Shown here one piece after another: positions 9,310 to 18,840 of a stretch of 64,000 nt of DNA. The DNA lies in the IMG/VR virus record IMGVR_UViG_3300042691_038938; one strand, written 5' to 3'. How positions within the stretch are numbered: the stretch's first letter is position 1; each line of letters begins with the position of its first letter. The position numbers and the translations under genes were made by a program. The notes beneath the pieces were generated by a model, which saw only the letters and a program-made list of their open reading frames with translations, did no database searches and was not told the origin of the DNA. The DNA comes from a virus (taxonomy: Duplodnaviria > Caudoviricetes).

Positions 9310-9966
9310 TTATTTAGTTTTTGAAGTCTTGCTCAAGAGAGCACTAGGTAAAGGTAGAGCCGGTGGCGCTCCAGCCGATGGGTGAGTGTGAGTGTCAAAG
9401 AAAGTCTTAAATGAGTCTCCCTTGATCACAGATTCGGCGGCGTCTTTTCCAAGCTCAATATTTGGAGAATCGATCACTACTTTATTTGAAGTCTTTACTG
9501 TGATCAGGTTATTAGGATCGATGTTTATGCTTGCCTCCTTTATTGATATCGTGAGTCCCTTACCCACAGTAAACCAGATCTTTAATTCTTGATCTCCATC
9601 AAAAAGGATCACATGAGAGCCGTCATACTCACTATTGAGCTCATCCTTTACGTCCTGTGCAAGTTCCTGAATCGCAAAGTATTCTGGAGAATAAGGATTA
9701 CCGTTGTCGAATCTTACTGCGACCACACTATTTACCTTGGGAACTGATACTGATCCTCCGCCTCCTCCTTGTCCAAAAAAGACTGATCTGTTCTTAGGGT
9801 AGGCCCACGGCAAGTCCTCTGCAGCGATGTCATCATGCACTCCAAAGACTCTGACCCTAGCTCTGCCCTCTTTGCGAGGATCGTCTATTGCCACAATGGT
9901 TCCCAAGAACTGTTTGTCTAAGAAGTCCTCTGCGTCCCTATTCGATATGTCGTGATTCGTCATCAT
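9310..9966 (-). CDS. Baseplate central spike (gp5/gpV-like, OB fold plus beta-helix)
   Basis: DDPRKEGRARVRVFGVHDD..LPWA gp5 OB-fold signature; C-terminal HTH (His-x-His) metal-binding apex. Confidence 0.85.
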   Translation of the reverse strand: MMTNHDISNRDAEDFLDKQFLGTIVAIDDPRKEGRARVRVFGVHDDIAAEDLPWAYPKNRSVFFGQGGGGGSVSVPKVNSVVAVRFDNGNPYSPEYFAIQELAQDVKDELNSEYDGSHVILFDGDQELKIWFTVGKGLTISIKEASINIDPNNLITVKTSNKVVIDSPNIELGKDAAESVIKGDSFKTFFDTHTHPSAGAPPALPLPSALLSKTSKTK

Positions 9967-9995
9967 TAAATTATATCCTGTTTCTCCATTGAGTT

Positions 9996-11075
9996 TTATT
10001 GACCGTATATGTTTCCTAAATCCTTAGTCGTCGGGTTTATGAACTGGGTTGCTGCAGCTAGGCTTGGATTGATCAAGCCACCGATTGATTCAAGAGAAGA
10101 CTTGAATTGGTCAGCTGCGCTACCGATTGCCTTTCCTACTAGAGGTAGATTACTTGCGCTATTCAGCACGTTCGCTCCTTGTGAGTTAATGTTTCTGTAA
10201 CTCCATGGGTTATTTACTTCCGACATTGACGGATCGTCTACTAGCTTAGTTCCGTCCTGATACTCGCTCTCTTCCTCAAAGAAGCCGATGTTTATGCTGA
10301 ATGCGTTTGTCGCAGCTTCTTTTCCAGCAGAGACTCCTAATGATGCACCTCCTGCGAAACTCTTCGTAAAGTCAAAAGTACACTGTCGACACTTGAATTT
10401 AATATAGCCGAACTGTTTTAGCACGCTAGCAACGTCTAGTTCACTAGAAAAGGCGCTTCCTGCATTTGCCAATTGGGTAGCGATAGTGTTTATTCCGCCA
10501 GTATTGATTCCAAACGTGTTTGCTAGGGCACCGACATTTCCTCCTAATGTGTATCGAATGTTCCTAACTTCGGCCACATAGATGTCCATTGCAAACCACT
10601 GCAGGTTATCCGGCAGTCTCTCCTTTAGGTGAGTCTTATCGAATATCGCTCCTCTATAGAGGTTAGCCAACTCAGTTATCCTAAGGTCAATCGCCTCTAG
10701 TGTGCTTATTGTGATTGAAGTTTCTTTACTTCCTTTGGCAATGTCCGTTCCCTTAGTCCACATTGAATCAAGACCGGTGATCGACTGAAAGTACCATGGT
10801 GCATTAAAAGTAATGTATTCTAAGATCTCCTTAAAGGTCTTGATCTGTGCTTCTTTGTCCTTGTGACCGACTGATCCAAAGTATCGCTGTGCGCTGTTAG
10901 ACGCCTCTGGCTTTGCAAAAAGTGGGCTTGTCCAGAGTATGTCTCCGAAGGGCGCAGCTTCCTCAAACCTAAAATCGATTGAAAAAGTCAAGTAAGTCGG
11001 CTCGTCGTATCGATCGAAGTTTAAGCCTTTTCTAAAGGTATTTACCTTGTTCTGTATTCCGTAAAAGTTATGCAT
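9996..11075 (-). CDS. Probable tail-tube-like baseplate protein (gp54/gp19-like)
   Basis: Baseplate operon position; PWYFQSITGLD and TLEAIDLRITELANLYR resemble tube-fold proteins of jumbo myoviruses. Confidence 0.5.
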   Translation of the reverse strand: MHNFYGIQNKVNTFRKGLNFDRYDEPTYLTFSIDFRFEEAAPFGDILWTSPLFAKPEASNSAQRYFGSVGHKDKEAQIKTFKEILEYITFNAPWYFQSITGLDSMWTKGTDIAKGSKETSITISTLEAIDLRITELANLYRGAIFDKTHLKERLPDNLQWFAMDIYVAEVRNIRYTLGGNVGALANTFGINTGGINTIATQLANAGSAFSSELDVASVLKQFGYIKFKCRQCTFDFTKSFAGGASLGVSAGKEAATNAFSINIGFFEEESEYQDGTKLVDDPSMSEVNNPWSYRNINSQGANVLNSASNLPLVGKAIGSAADQFKSSLESIGGLINPSLAAATQFINPTTKDLGNIYGQ

Positions 11076-12561
11076 TTAGGGTCGTGATTGTTTTTGATGG
11101 AGTCCACTCTCTCTTCGTTAGAAATAGTTCTGTCCAGAATAGCATCTTGTCCTTAGGATCAAAGTAATACCTGGCTCCCTTAACGTAATATTTCCCACTT
11201 AATTGAGTGTCAATGGATTCTGATCCTAATTCTTTATTTTGAGCGTTAGCCGTATTCTCTTCCAAGTTAGCATCCTTTCTGAGCTTTTCAGCCATCTTTA
11301 CTGTTATGAATAGCGGAATAGCTGATCCTCGAATCACATTGAAATTGATTCCTTTTAATCTCACCTTAAGTTGCAGCTTTTCTAATTCTTGCATGTTATG
11401 AGTATTAAAGACTCGAGCAGCATTCCAGTGTTCGTGAGTGTTTCCATAGTTAATGTCCATCCATTTCTTATGACCTACCTCAGTCATTCCCTCGTTCTGA
11501 GGAACTAGCATGGCGTCTTCTGATGCTCCTGGAGAAGTAAGCGGAACCGTCCAAAAAGTCTTGAACTTTTTGGCCTCATCGGGTTCTACTTGATCGTAAT
11601 AATAGATCTGTTTCTTGTAACCGGAAGATCTTAAAACGTTTCCCTGATCAGAGATCAAATTCGCTTCATAGATGTAATTTATCTTATTCTTATAACCTAC
11701 CTGGTTTGTCAGAAAGTTAACGACCGTGTCTTCAGATATTCCCTGTTTTAACTGAGAATTCTTTTGAGTCTGGTCAGAGTCTGCTTGCAAAGCGTCTGCC
11801 CATGAATTAAAGGTCAGGTCAGTCTCTGCTGGAACTATTTGTGTGTTCACTTCAATTAGAGCTAACATGAGTTCTTTACTAATGAATGATGTAAAGAACG
11901 ACTCATCGTTTTGATAAGCGTGCTCTGCTACATGTCGAATAAAATTTAGAGGACTGCTACAGAAATTTATCCAAGTCATGGCATCGGCCGGTGAGTAGTC
12001 GTTCTCTACAAAACCTAGACCCAATTCTTGACAGATCTGTTGAAGAGCTTCCTTTGATGTAGAATTAGGATAACTCTTAGCCGCGTTATTGTGTAACCTA
12101 GGAATAAACAGCTCCCCAGAAACAAGATAAGTTATGTTCTTAGTCAGCTCTACGTTGTCTCCTGAATTACGAGGAGCTATCGACTTCATGCTAGCAATCA
12201 GGAAGTCCGCTCTTACTGGTTTTAAGTTTGGATTAGGAGACTTTAGATATACGCTTGCAAGCAAATGCTTTTTAGGATATGTGTTTCCTGAAAACTCTCC
12301 AGCCGAATCCTTAAAGATGAGAGTAAGCTTAGGTAAGAAAGCAGTCTCATCAATAGTCATCGATTCAATATTTGTGACTACCTGTCCTCCTATTTTCACA
12401 AAGGGCACAGTTGATCCCGCCTTTTGAGCAACATCAGGATACACAGTCGACTCTTTAGTTATGGAAGGAGTCGTAGAATCTTTCGATGTATCCAAATCAA
12501 AAAGATCAACCATCTTGATCGATGGTTGAATAGTAGTCTTTAATGTCTGTTTAAATGCCAT
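11068..12561 (-). CDS. Probable baseplate hub protein (gp27-like)
   Basis: About 500 aa between gp53-like and gp5-like genes; C-terminal SGKYYVKGARYYF...WTELFLTKREW typical of hub proteins. Confidence 0.65.
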   Translation of the reverse strand: MAFKQTLKTTIQPSIKMVDLFDLDTSKDSTTPSITKESTVYPDVAQKAGSTVPFVKIGGQVVTNIESMTIDETAFLPKLTLIFKDSAGEFSGNTYPKKHLLASVYLKSPNPNLKPVRADFLIASMKSIAPRNSGDNVELTKNITYLVSGELFIPRLHNNAAKSYPNSTSKEALQQICQELGLGFVENDYSPADAMTWINFCSSPLNFIRHVAEHAYQNDESFFTSFISKELMLALIEVNTQIVPAETDLTFNSWADALQADSDQTQKNSQLKQGISEDTVVNFLTNQVGYKNKINYIYEANLISDQGNVLRSSGYKKQIYYYDQVEPDEAKKFKTFWTVPLTSPGASEDAMLVPQNEGMTEVGHKKWMDINYGNTHEHWNAARVFNTHNMQELEKLQLKVRLKGINFNVIRGSAIPLFITVKMAEKLRKDANLEENTANAQNKELGSESIDTQLSGKYYVKGARYYFDPKDKMLFWTELFLTKREWTPSKTITTLNA

Positions 12562-12563
12562 CT

Positions 12564-13148
12564 TTAGAACTTTCCTTTATTCTTTAACTGATCTTGTACT
12601 CGGCTTCGTGCCAATGAATTGCTCTGGGTGGAACTAGCGTTTTGAGTCATGTCTGGACCAAAAAGCACGATACCGTCAACTACTCTCACGTTCTGTGCAC
12701 CAGTAAGGTTCACGTTTGGAGGAACCACTTCAGAGACTTTAGTCCTTAGTGATTCAAGTCGTCTCTTGTCCTTGTCCGACTTGGGATTCATTATCTTCTG
12801 TTCGTTCTTCTTTTGAGGTTCAGTCCCTTTTTCTGGAACAGTGGTCGGAGCGACTATCATCTTTCGAATCTTATTGATTGACGGAACTAAAAGTATCTCT
12901 CCCAAGTCAAGTGAGAAGGGATTAGAGATTCCATTATACTTAAGAAGAACATCCCAGTTATCGTATTCTGAGTATACTTTCATCGACATTAGATCAGGTC
13001 TCATTACTTCAAACTCACTCACAAAAATGTTTCCTAGTGCGATACCGTTCTCGTCGAATTTATAGGTCGCACTCATCAGGTCTGCGATCGATTCGCCATT
13101 CACATTCTTAATAAAGCTCTTAGTTCTTAATAGTTTACTTACGATCAT
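12564..13148 (-). CDS. Baseplate wedge protein gp53-like (LysM-type)
   Basis: RPDLMSMKVY...WDVLLKYNGISNPF..GEILLVP signature. Confidence 0.8.
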   Translation of the reverse strand: MIVSKLLRTKSFIKNVNGESIADLMSATYKFDENGIALGNIFVSEFEVMRPDLMSMKVYSEYDNWDVLLKYNGISNPFSLDLGEILLVPSINKIRKMIVAPTTVPEKGTEPQKKNEQKIMNPKSDKDKRRLESLRTKVSEVVPPNVNLTGAQNVRVVDGIVLFGPDMTQNASSTQSNSLARSRVQDQLKNKGKF

Positions 13149-13149
13149 C

Positions 13150-15027
13150 TTAATCCTTTGTTTTTAGTTCTTGGAAGTAGCTTGGAAGTATTCCAGAGTT
13201 TGCGAATCCATCTCCATATGCTCTTTGTACGCTGCGCTTAAAGTAATCGCTAAGAGCGGACGGAGCGGCAGTATTCGTCACTGCACCCGAAGATTTTACC
13301 ATGTCCTGGACTGCCTGTATGCCCGAATCAATGGCTGAACCTTGAGCATTAGATAGTCGAATGCTGTTGTATTCTCCATAGGAGTTGTATGCACTGGCCG
13401 GATCCTGTAACTTGGTGAAAGTCATGTCACCTCCACCCATGTTAAACATGGACTCAATGTCCTGTTTCGCTCGAGGTCGACCTGGCTCCAGGCTAAGGCT
13501 AAACTTTACTCCTACTGGAAAGTCACTGTCTCCCAACTCCTCAGTAAACGCTACTGTTGTAGTCTTTAAACACAGATTTCCTATTACTGCGACTGGATCC
13601 ATTGGGTTACCTACCGTGAGGTGCCATTCTCCCACTGCTCGACCGTCAAGAAGCGCACGTAGGACAAGAGGTTTTTGATAGAGTCCAGAGAGTCTGGCTG
13701 AGACTATGTCCTGCAAGACAGGATTTTTTCCAGCGGCAGTCGTTAGCTTTGTTATAGTTTCTTCTAGATTGGTCGCTGCATCAAACTCAGATCCTAGGCT
13801 ATCTAAGAAGTTCTTTAATTCTGATGCCTTTTCAACAGTCAGTCCTCCTAACTGGGTCAACATGTCCTTTGCTCCCTCAATCGCATTTCCCTGTTCAAGC
13901 TTTTCATTATTTAATCCTAGTGCCAGATAGCCGGTCTTTTGAAAGTATCGATACGATCCTCCCCAAAACAGAGCTCGGTTGTAGGTCAAGGACAGGAAGT
14001 TGCTCATTAGGTCAAGCATGGCCACTTTAGGATTCACGTTTCCATAAGATCTCATGGTGTATTCAAAGTCTAGTTTAATCTGGTGAGTGAATACATATCC
14101 TTTCTCTCTAAGCTTGGTCTTGTCGATGACATTGATCGGCCCTAGTACTCGGTTCCAATATGCACCGTTCTGCCACGAGTCCTTAACGAACTGTTGTAGA
14201 GTCGCGTCATATCCGCTGGCTTCAAAAGGATTGTTTGGGTTCTGAAAGAAGATCGCAGTAAGAGCTGCCCGAAGAGTCTCAGCGTCCTTCTTTACTCCAA
14301 GAGCGTCAAGTACCTTTCCGGCCTCAACCTCATTTCCTTCAACGTCCTGTACGGTTGCGGTCGCATCGTCCTTCCAGTTAAATCCATAGCTCATTCCCAA
14401 GATGCTGCTTAATGTGTTGCCGGATCCTCCTCCCCACCAAGTCACGGCTTGCGCCAAAGGAATCAGTGGCAGGTTTTGCTGAGCGACTCCCAAGTTGTCC
14501 TCAACAGGAATCGGATATCGTCTCAGGGTAAGCAATCTATTGTTAGGAATCTTCCCATAGTACTTACACCATAAAAAGTCATTGTATTGGTATGGAGAAG
14601 GATATAACGGCCCTTCCTTACTTGACGCTTTCTTTTGTGATTCAGCGATTATGATCGATGCAGTAGGGTTCTCAATCACCTTCCTTCTCTCTTCATGCAG
14701 GACGTCTGCTCCAAGTATTGAGCTCTGGTAGGTGAACCTGTGTTTAGTAACATCATAGACTCCTGCCGAAACATCAGACGCTCCGCTTGCGAAATGAGCG
14801 TACCTAAATATGTAAAAAGGATTGAATAATGAATCCGTTCCTATCACAGGAATCGCTGATCCTGCAGGACCGTCTGCTCCTCCTAAGTAACTTCCGTTTA
14901 TGTAAGTAGAAGTACTGTCTGCAATCGCAGAATCAGTCAAGCCGAGTATTCCCCTAGCCTGAGCTTCAGTTGGATCCACATTCTGTAGAATGTTATTGTT
15001 ATCTCCCTGATTGGGCCAAATTGACAT
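13150..15027 (-). CDS. Probable baseplate-tail tube junction protein (gp48-like)
   Basis: First gene of the baseplate operon behind TATAAATA; NNRLLTLRRYP, IGNLCLKTTTVAF...FPVGVKFSLSLE. Confidence 0.5.
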   Translation of the reverse strand: MSIWPNQGDNNNILQNVDPTEAQARGILGLTDSAIADSTSTYINGSYLGGADGPAGSAIPVIGTDSLFNPFYIFRYAHFASGASDVSAGVYDVTKHRFTYQSSILGADVLHEERRKVIENPTASIIIAESQKKASSKEGPLYPSPYQYNDFLWCKYYGKIPNNRLLTLRRYPIPVEDNLGVAQQNLPLIPLAQAVTWWGGGSGNTLSSILGMSYGFNWKDDATATVQDVEGNEVEAGKVLDALGVKKDAETLRAALTAIFFQNPNNPFEASGYDATLQQFVKDSWQNGAYWNRVLGPINVIDKTKLREKGYVFTHQIKLDFEYTMRSYGNVNPKVAMLDLMSNFLSLTYNRALFWGGSYRYFQKTGYLALGLNNEKLEQGNAIEGAKDMLTQLGGLTVEKASELKNFLDSLGSEFDAATNLEETITKLTTAAGKNPVLQDIVSARLSGLYQKPLVLRALLDGRAVGEWHLTVGNPMDPVAVIGNLCLKTTTVAFTEELGDSDFPVGVKFSLSLEPGRPRAKQDIESMFNMGGGDMTFTKLQDPASAYNSYGEYNSIRLSNAQGSAIDSGIQAVQDMVKSSGAVTNTAAPSALSDYFKRSVQRAYGDGFANSGILPSYFQELKTKD

Positions 15028-15071
15028 AATAATTCCTTTTTATTATTTATAGTCGACCCTTTACTGGGTGA

Positions 15072-17030
15072 TCAGTCTCGGTTTTTCAAAAAATCGTTAA
15101 AGCTTGAAATCTTTTGTACCATCGATTTCTTCTTGGTTTTCTTACCCTTTGGCTTTCTTCCCGGACCAGCAAGAGCAAAGGTATCCATGTTAGAGTCTAC
15201 CATTGTGCCTGGAGTCTGGAATGCTGTTCCTGGAGAGACTCCTCCCTCGCTCTCCTTCATCTCAGCCGACTTGTAAAACTTAGGGCCCTCATTATCTCCA
15301 TAAGGAGTTAGTCCAACTACGTCTAACCTAGCCTTTGCTGTCGCCTTTTTAAGACCCTTATCAAAGTCTCGACCTGCTTGCTTTCCTCTAGTCACTAGGA
15401 CTCCTGCTTTGATTATGCTTGCGAGTCCATTGAATATTGCCTGGTTCTGCTTAGCGTTCTTTGCAGCGACTACTGCATCCCCTGCATCAGGGATTCCGGC
15501 AAAAAGTCCTACGACCAACTGCCCTAGTCCCTTAAGAATGTTCTTTAGCGGACTCTCTGCAATACGATCCTTTTCGCTTACGGCTAGCTTTATTTTAACG
15601 TATAGTGGAAGCTTTAGGTCTGGCTTTAACTGGATTCCCTTAAAGTTACCCATGTTAAAGTCCTTAGAGAGATAGCTATTCTTGATCTGTTTTTCTTTCT
15701 CAGCAGCAATGGCCTCTACTTTAGTCACGGCTGATGTTCTGTCCCTGTCTGAAAGTTCTCCGTCCTCTGAGCTCTTGATGTATTTTAGGATCCACTCCTT
15801 ACTTAAGGAAAGATACGTTAGCTGGTCTTCCTCTAGCGCGCTCTCTTTTGAAGAGCTCGCTTTAAATTGAGCTGCTCTACTTAAGCTATTAAACTCGTTA
15901 GTGATAGCATTTTCCATCCACGCAGAGTTCTTCTTGTCCAGTGCCTTGAATAGCTTATAATAGTCTCCTCCTGGAGGAGAAACTTCCCCATTCACAATAG
16001 GAGGAAGTAACGCAAGGTTAAGTGCCGAGATTAAATTGTTCTTGATCAAGTTCTTTCGACGAAGACTCGGCTTCTCAACTTTTCCAAGTTGTTCCTCTTT
16101 CTTTTTTATTGCTTTATCGTAGACCGCTTGATATCCTAGTGCGTCTATTAGAGGCTTCCAATCTATGTTCAATTGATATAGTCCTTCTGGCGTGTTTGGG
16201 ATATCGTAAATTCTCTTTTTATCTTCAGCCATCGCATCGGCAATCTCCTTAGCTATCAAATCGTTTGCCTTTTGCAAGATCTTTTCGATCTTTTTTCTAT
16301 TTGATGCGCCTACTGATTTTTTAGCCTCCTCAACGATCTCAGGATTAGACTTAAGAATTCCTTTAAACATCGATTTCTTTAGAGTCTGCTCGTTTCCGTT
16401 CTGATCAGTTATGATGAACTCGTCCGACTTTACTGCATTGTGAACTCCTCCTACTAGCTTTATCTTATAGACTGGAGTTCCCTCCCTCGTTGAGAACTTC
16501 AGCTCAGTTCCGTTCTCTTTGAAATAGAGCATAAGAGCAGTCTCAGTGTCGTAATCTGGTGCAGTGCTTGCGTAACTAAATATTTTATGGATCTTATAGA
16601 TACGACTTGAGAGTTCAGCTTCTCTAGTTTTTAAGGCATAAAACTTCTTAAATGAGTCCTCAGGTTTTATCTTTTTCTTTTCTGCTGAGATCTGACTGAT
16701 CGTCTTTCTAGTCCTCTTCACGAACTCGTCAACCATTCCGATCTTTTCAGGCTCGACCAACATCATGAGAATCCTTTGAAGTTCAGGCTGATTTTGAATC
16801 TTTTCTAGTAGATTGACGTCAATCTTTTCTAATGCCTTTTCTAAAGAGTCAAAGGATGTTGTCCTAGCGGTGTCGTCGACTGGATCACCTCCTATTCCGC
16901 TCGAAATTAGCTCCCGAATCTCATCGAACTCAGAACTTGATTCGTCCTTCTTTGACGAAGTCTCAGCTTCCGCTTCAAAAACGGGAGTGACTGTTCCCAG
17001 CCAATGTTTTAAGTATTCTCCAAAGCTCAT
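15072..17030 (-). CDS. Large hypothetical protein with capsid-targeting-like motifs at both termini
   Basis: 652-aa ORF; N-terminal MSFGEYL..FE, C-terminal KISSFNDFLKN. Confidence 0.7.
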   Translation of the reverse strand: MSFGEYLKHWLGTVTPVFEAEAETSSKKDESSSEFDEIRELISSGIGGDPVDDTARTTSFDSLEKALEKIDVNLLEKIQNQPELQRILMMLVEPEKIGMVDEFVKRTRKTISQISAEKKKIKPEDSFKKFYALKTREAELSSRIYKIHKIFSYASTAPDYDTETALMLYFKENGTELKFSTREGTPVYKIKLVGGVHNAVKSDEFIITDQNGNEQTLKKSMFKGILKSNPEIVEEAKKSVGASNRKKIEKILQKANDLIAKEIADAMAEDKKRIYDIPNTPEGLYQLNIDWKPLIDALGYQAVYDKAIKKKEEQLGKVEKPSLRRKNLIKNNLISALNLALLPPIVNGEVSPPGGDYYKLFKALDKKNSAWMENAITNEFNSLSRAAQFKASSSKESALEEDQLTYLSLSKEWILKYIKSSEDGELSDRDRTSAVTKVEAIAAEKEKQIKNSYLSKDFNMGNFKGIQLKPDLKLPLYVKIKLAVSEKDRIAESPLKNILKGLGQLVVGLFAGIPDAGDAVVAAKNAKQNQAIFNGLASIIKAGVLVTRGKQAGRDFDKGLKKATAKARLDVVGLTPYGDNEGPKFYKSAEMKESEGGVSPGTAFQTPGTMVDSNMDTFALAGPGRKPKGKKTKKKSMVQKISSFNDFLKNRD

Positions 17031-17048
17031 CCGATCGATCAGTTTTTA

Positions 17049-17243
17049 TTATTTATCTTTCTTTTTAAACCTGTCATATGGGATGACCCAAAGTTTTCTC
17101 TTGATCTCTCCTTTCATGAAATCATATACTGAATTTCCATCACTTCCCTCTTCAGGATGTTGAAGAAGAGCGTTTTCCAAGGGAGCCTTACCCTTTCGAT
17201 AGTCTTCGTAGTTTTTCCAGGATGAATGCTTCTTCTTTGCCAT
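17049..17243 (-). CDS. Small basic hypothetical protein
   Basis: 64-aa ORF filling the gap between co-oriented genes. Confidence 0.55.
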   Translation of the reverse strand: MAKKKHSSWKNYEDYRKGKAPLENALLQHPEEGSDGNSVYDFMKGEIKRKLWVIPYDRFKKKDK

Positions 17244-17253
17244 TTCTTCTTTG

Positions 17254-18813
17254 TTATTTTAGGGTAGTGTATTCTCCGTTGATGAAGTGAAGGTGTTGGG
17301 CCTTTCCATCCTCATGGATTATCACATGAGACTGCAGCCAAGCGCTAGGTCCGATATTGTAACCCACTCTAAGCTCAGTTGAAGTTCCTACCGCAAGCGC
17401 ACCATCCTTTCTTCCAGGTGAGTGGTAGTGACCGACTATTATCTTAGTATTTAGCTTTCTAAACTGTTGTAGGGAGCCTCGGCTGCCTCCTGAGCCTATG
17501 TCTCCATGTTGACCCAGCTCCCAACCGTTTACGATATAGCTATCGCTTCTTCCCAAAGTCGTAAAGTGTGGATACTTTTTCTTGATTACCCAAGGAATCA
17601 CTCCCTGCGGAGCCTCTCCATTTAGGATTGCCGCTGAGAACTGCATGTATTCCAAGGAATTCTTTGGTGTCAGGGTCTTTCTCCAATCGGTGTTCTTTAA
17701 CCACCGATCCACGAAATCATCATGATTGCTTCGAACTATCACAGTATTGTATTCCGCGAAATCAGATAGACCCTTAAGAAGATCTTCTATCTCTTTCTTC
17801 AGAGAATTAGTACCTTCCATCTCTTTTTGATATTGAATAAAAGGATCCTTTTCCTCGTGATGAGATATTGATTTGCCGTCAAATACGTCATGTAGAACAA
17901 CATGGTCTGGCTTCATCTTAGCCATGAAATCAAGAGTCTTGTCGAGTACCTCTTGGTCGTGATGACCGTAGTGTAGGTCTCCAAGGACGATTGCTGATAC
18001 TTTTTCTGCTCTATCCACTTCACCGTTTTCTACTCTATAGAACAGGTCAGTGAATGAACCGTTATCCGTTGCTGTTACTTGCCGCATGAAGAAGGAACCT
18101 TCGTCCTTTATCTCAACGATAACGAATCCCAATGTGTGGTGAAACTCTCCCTTCTTACCTGATTTAGAATCAGTATAGTTCTTCATGGTGCAAGCTCCAG
18201 TAGTGACCATCATCTTGGGTTCATGACCTTCTAGAACAGGAATCATTTCCAGCTGCATCTTTGGTGAGCCGAAAACGCAAGAGTTTATGCCGCTCATTCC
18301 TTCAAGTCCAGTCATGGGATTCACAGCAGTTGGCTGGATCTTCACGTCAGACATGATCGATACTCTCTTATGAATGTCATGGCGATTCGCATCTAAATAC
18401 TTAACGACTGAACTGTGCCATTTCTCTTCCATCGTTTGCGCGTTAGTCCAGACGCTGGTCGGATTTTTATATCGACCTGCAATCACATGAATGTCAGCAT
18501 TGATGAATTCGGCATACGCCTCAATGTTTTTTAAGAATTGATTATGAACTGGAGTATTGTTTTGAGCCCAAGTAATGATGAATCTCTTAGACTTCTTATT
18601 GTGTTCTCTAGCCTGAGCGATCTTAAACTGTTCTGGTTCAGGTATGCTTTTGGAAGTTATTCCCAATTTTGATACCCATTTCTCTATTGTTCTCTGAGTG
18701 ACTCCAAATCGATCGCTTAACGAATTCATTCGAACGACCCACTTGAGATCTTTGTTTAGATAGGTTTCAGATATGTAAGTTTTATCAATTTCTTCTAGGT
18801 TATTAAACCTCAT
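17254..18813 (-). CDS. Calcineurin-like metallophosphoesterase with N-terminal HTH
   Basis: GDLH, HDVFDG, SNHD, QHGD, GHYH motifs; LSDRFGVTQRTIEKW helix-turn-helix. Confidence 0.85.
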   Translation of the reverse strand: MRFNNLEEIDKTYISETYLNKDLKWVVRMNSLSDRFGVTQRTIEKWVSKLGITSKSIPEPEQFKIAQAREHNKKSKRFIITWAQNNTPVHNQFLKNIEAYAEFINADIHVIAGRYKNPTSVWTNAQTMEEKWHSSVVKYLDANRHDIHKRVSIMSDVKIQPTAVNPMTGLEGMSGINSCVFGSPKMQLEMIPVLEGHEPKMMVTTGACTMKNYTDSKSGKKGEFHHTLGFVIVEIKDEGSFFMRQVTATDNGSFTDLFYRVENGEVDRAEKVSAIVLGDLHYGHHDQEVLDKTLDFMAKMKPDHVVLHDVFDGKSISHHEEKDPFIQYQKEMEGTNSLKKEIEDLLKGLSDFAEYNTVIVRSNHDDFVDRWLKNTDWRKTLTPKNSLEYMQFSAAILNGEAPQGVIPWVIKKKYPHFTTLGRSDSYIVNGWELGQHGDIGSGGSRGSLQQFRKLNTKIIVGHYHSPGRKDGALAVGTSTELRVGYNIGPSAWLQSHVIIHEDGKAQHLHFINGEYTTLK

Positions 18814-18840
18814 ATTGATAACATTTTTTTATTCAGATCG

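Noticed and set aside
15072-17030. Tape-measure protein
   Set aside because: Too short for a jumbo myovirus, has its own late motif and terminal tag motifs, and shows no tape-measure repeat periodicity.
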